A stretch of DNA of 64,000 bases from Patescibacteria group bacterium (GTDB lineage Bacteria; Patescibacteriota; Patescibacteriia; UBA1558; GWA2-36-10): NCBI GenBank assembly GCA_028718865.1, contig JAQUKX010000001.1, forward strand, positions 64,067 to 128,066, given 5' to 3'. This document shows, one piece after another, positions 61,046-64,000 of the stretch. Below the pieces are notes generated by a model. It searched no databases, had not been told where the DNA came from, and worked only from the letters and a program-made list of their open reading frames with translations. Position 1 is the first letter of the stretch, and the number at the start of each line of letters is the position of its first letter. Both the position numbers and the translations under genes were made by a program.

Positions 61046-62086
61046 TTATTCCAATTGAGGGCGCTCTACTTCATCAATTTCCAGTTTACTATTGCTACCG
61101 GTGATTTTAAAAAGATCTTTGTCAATTTTAGCGAATTCCTTGCTGGAAAAATTATAAGTATTGACCGAAGCTGACAGCTGGGAACCGAGCTTCTGGTGAT
61201 ACTGAGCATAGGCCAACATGTGTTTTTGCAGCTTCTCCACATTTTTGCGGATTTCCTTGGCTGACTCTTCAATTTGCAAAGCGCGCAAACCCTGTAAAAC
61301 GGTCTGAAGATAAGCGGCAAAAGTAGTAGGCGAGACAATAATGACTTTTTTCTCATTGAAGGCATAATCAATCAAGCTGCGCGTGTTGATTTTGACTGCT
61401 CCCACTTCATTGATCAGTAAATCATAATAAATGCCCTCAGCCGGAATAAACATAAAAGCAAAATCCAAAGTATCCTCAGTCGGCCGGATATACTTACTGC
61501 TTTCATCAATCCGCTTTTTCAAGTCGTTTTTAAATTCTTTTTCCAAAATCAGCTTTTTGTCTTTATCCTTTTCATTGATAATGCGACGATAATTATCCAA
61601 AGAAAACTTAGCGTCAATCGGCAACAGCTTATCTTTTATTTTTACCACGGCGTCCACTGCTTCACCGTTTTTAAAGGCATACTGCATCTGATAACTCTGC
61701 GGCGGCAAGATATTGGACAAAATAAGCTCCAGACTAGCTTCACCCAAATTGCCTCTGGTCTTGGCATTAGTCAAGACTTTTTCCAAATTCTGCAATTGAT
61801 CGGTAAAACTCACCACTTGCTTATTGGTCTCTTCCAATTTGAGCAGCTTTTCACTTACTTCTTTGGACAGTCGGCTGGTTTCCATGAATTGATCTTGGAG
61901 CATTTTGGCGCTATGACGAGTGGTCTGGTCGATTTTTTCTCCCAGCTGGCGGTTGAGCTCGTTTATCTGTTGCTGCAAAAGCAAAATCGCCTGCGGATCT
62001 TTGGCTTCGGGCTTGGCTTTTTTGATCAAAAACCAAAATATCAGACCAAAGCCAACTAGTATCAAAATTGTGTTTAAATATTCCAT
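61046..62086 (-). CDS. rmuC: DNA recombination protein RmuC
   Basis: N-terminal TM and coiled coil. RmuC core (GEASLELILSN...LPIDAKFSLDNY). Confidence 0.8.
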   Translation of the reverse strand: MEYLNTILILVGFGLIFWFLIKKAKPEAKDPQAILLLQQQINELNRQLGEKIDQTTRHSAKMLQDQFMETSRLSKEVSEKLLKLEETNKQVVSFTDQLQNLEKVLTNAKTRGNLGEASLELILSNILPPQSYQMQYAFKNGEAVDAVVKIKDKLLPIDAKFSLDNYRRIINEKDKDKKLILEKEFKNDLKKRIDESSKYIRPTEDTLDFAFMFIPAEGIYYDLLINEVGAVKINTRSLIDYAFNEKKVIIVSPTTFAAYLQTVLQGLRALQIEESAKEIRKNVEKLQKHMLAYAQYHQKLGSQLSASVNTYNFSSKEFAKIDKDLFKITGSNSKLEIDEVERPQLE

Positions 62087-62093
62087 TATATTA

Positions 62094-62966
62094 TTATTTT
62101 AAGCCAAAAAGATTTATGGCATTTTGACTGCTAATGCTAATTATTTCATCCACTGAACTGCCTCTGATTTGAGCGATTTTTTCCGCCACATACTTAACAT
62201 ATATCGGCTCATTGCGCTTGCTTCTATAAGGCTCGGGAGTCAAATAAGGAGCATCAGTTTCTATCAAAAACCTGTTCTCGGGTATCCATTTGGCAATATC
62301 CCACAAAATATTGTGGCTACTAACATCCTTCGCCAGAGGCTTCGGATGTTGACCCCCCGAAATTTTACGTGAAGAGGGGTCAAAAGTAATAATACCCGTA
62401 AAGCCCAGATAAAAGCCCAAATCCACAAACTGCTTGGCTTCTTCTAAAGATCCGCCAAAGCAATGAACAACTCCTCTATCTACTCCCTCTTCCTTTAAAA
62501 CACTATAAATACCCTGATAAGCTTGCGGGTCATTTTTGCCATTGCGACCATGAATTATCAAAGGTAAATTATTGGCTTTGGCCAGCTTGATGTGCTGACG
62601 AAATACTTTTTCCTGCTTTTTTTTAATTTCTTCAATTGACTGCGCTCCTTTGGCTAGTGATTCCTGCAAATGCCAATAGTCAAAACCGGTTTCACCAATA
62701 GCAACAATATTTTCTTTGGCGCTATAAATCAAATCTTGATAATCCTCGGCCTTAAATTCCTCATCATAGACATGAATGGGATGCAGGCCAATGGCAGCAT
62801 AAAAACTGCTCTCCGCCAGTGCCAAATTGACAGCCTTGCGGCTGGTATCATAAGCCGCTCCGACATTAATTACTTTCATCGGCTCCTGCCGGCAACGCTC
62901 AATCACCGCCAACAAATCATCTTTGTAGGCTTTGAAATTCAAATGCGCGTGAGTGTCTATCAACAT
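62094..62966 (-). CDS. tatD: TatD-family metal-dependent hydrolase/DNase
   Basis: MLIDTHAHLNF with His/Glu/Asp ligands throughout. Confidence 0.85.
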   Translation of the reverse strand: MLIDTHAHLNFKAYKDDLLAVIERCRQEPMKVINVGAAYDTSRKAVNLALAESSFYAAIGLHPIHVYDEEFKAEDYQDLIYSAKENIVAIGETGFDYWHLQESLAKGAQSIEEIKKKQEKVFRQHIKLAKANNLPLIIHGRNGKNDPQAYQGIYSVLKEEGVDRGVVHCFGGSLEEAKQFVDLGFYLGFTGIITFDPSSRKISGGQHPKPLAKDVSSHNILWDIAKWIPENRFLIETDAPYLTPEPYRSKRNEPIYVKYVAEKIAQIRGSSVDEIISISSQNAINLFGLK

Positions 62967-62968
62967 AA

Positions 62969-63475
62969 TTATAAAATTGATTGCAGGCTCTTTATGGCTT
63001 CGGGAATAAATGGCCTAACGATAATAGCCACATGCACGGCCCAATTGGCCATCTGGGAATTAACAATCGCTTCAGAAATCGTATCGCTAATAGGCAATAA
63101 AGACATCAGATAAACCAAAGCCGCAATAGCCACTACTCCGCCTATCAAGCCAATGACTGCTCCCATTAGTTTATTAAATAAATCTATAAAAGGAATGATA
63201 TGAAAAACCCGATTGATAACCGAGACAATAATACCCACGGCAATATTGACTGCCATAAAAATACCGATAAAGGCCAAAATATTGGCCAAGGCTGGATTGT
63301 CAAAGTTAGCCACATCCATTAGCCACTCGCCAATAGGCTGCATATAATGACTGCCGGCCCAAATGCCGAAAATAATGCCAAAAAATCCGCCGATAGCCCC
63401 GACTAGTCCGGTGCGGAAGCCTTTCCATGTAAAAAAGAATAAAATTACTATAAGCGCAATGTCGTACCAATTCAT
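62969..63475 (-). CDS. cvpA: CvpA-family membrane protein
   Basis: 168-aa ORF with four TM helices and an N-terminus typical of CvpA. Confidence 0.7.
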   Translation of the reverse strand: MNWYDIALIVILFFFTWKGFRTGLVGAIGGFFGIIFGIWAGSHYMQPIGEWLMDVANFDNPALANILAFIGIFMAVNIAVGIIVSVINRVFHIIPFIDLFNKLMGAVIGLIGGVVAIAALVYLMSLLPISDTISEAIVNSQMANWAVHVAIIVRPFIPEAIKSLQSIL

Positions 63476-63490
63476 ATTTGTTTTTATATT

Positions 63491-64000
63491 TTAATCTGAT
63501 AAATCCAAGCGGGGGAAAATAGGTTCAGTTGGTTTTTTAATTTTGTCAGCAGTCAAAATAGCTATAATCTGAGCGGATTTTTCTGGCATAAAAGGCTTCA
63601 ATCCTGTCGCTATATTATACAAGTCAAAGACCAATTCTTTCAATAGTTCTTCTAACTTGCCTTTGTTTTTTTCGTCTTTAGCCAGTAGCCAAGGCTTTTC
63701 CTGATCAATTAGAGTATTGCTGTTTTGAATTACCTGCCAAATAGTGAGTAGAGCCTCCCGAAATCTCAGTTGACGAATTTCTTCTTGAGCTAACTTCTTA
63801 TCTACAAATTGCAAATCAATTTTGCCGTCCAGATATTTTTCTACCATATTGGTCACCCGATTGAGCAGATTACCCAAGCCATTGACCAAATCCGCATTAT
63901 ATTTTTCGGCAAAATTTTCTATTTTTATATCAGACTCGGCGCCAAAAGAAAACTGCGACAGGATAAGATATTTACTGACTTCCGCGCCATATTTCTCCGC
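63491..64000 (-). CDS. metG: methionyl-tRNA synthetase C-terminal region (anticodon-binding), 5' part beyond window end
   Basis: LGNLLNRV...EKPW pattern. The ORF stays open to the window end. Confidence 0.6.
   Translation of the reverse strand, partial: AEKYGAEVSKYLILSQFSFGAESDIKIENFAEKYNADLVNGLGNLLNRVTNMVEKYLDGKIDLQFVDKKLAQEEIRQLRFREALLTIWQVIQNSNTLIDQEKPWLLAKDEKNKGKLEELLKELVFDLYNIATGLKPFMPEKSAQIIAILTADKIKKPTEPIFPRLDLSD

Overview
The window is dominated by housekeeping genes, almost all on the minus strand, at about 40% GC. These include the S10 operon 5' end (rplB through rpsJ), tuf and the str operon (fusA, rpsG, rpsL), then rpmB, ndk, a two-ORF ComEC, prfB, htrA, nrdR, ftsZ, ftsA, dgkA and ybeY. 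Further along are yqeY, rpsU, hisS, lepB, an LCP-family gene, der, pth, rplA, rplK, nusG, secE, gyrB, pheT and pheS, followed by a UvrD-type helicase-nuclease, rmuC, tatD, cvpA and a metG fragment. The composition, extended ribosomal proteins, weak Shine-Dalgarno usage and giant surface proteins suggest a small-genome, CPR/Patescibacteria-like bacterium; this is inference only. The most unusual content is a 12-kb surface-protein module inserted between rpsU-yqeY and ybeY-dgkA. It contains a 2809-aa multidomain protein and a 541-aa paralog that share a VirB2/TrbC-pilin-like N-terminal membrane anchor. Two thrombospondin-type-3-repeat membrane proteins follow, and these share a near-identical 53-nt tract. 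Other anomalies: a 2.2-kb two-gene cassette at about 25% GC lies beside the 3' end of an internally deleted M17 aminopeptidase gene and is flanked by ~80-bp direct repeats of that 3' end. A 145-nt palindromic element follows pth. GC-rich patches (about 52%) lie beside the str operon, comprising a lipoprotein gene, an unassigned structured segment and a small ORF ending in a GC-rich terminator. A 26-nt motif is duplicated upstream of rplK and rplA. No rRNA, tRNA or CRISPR array was recognised.
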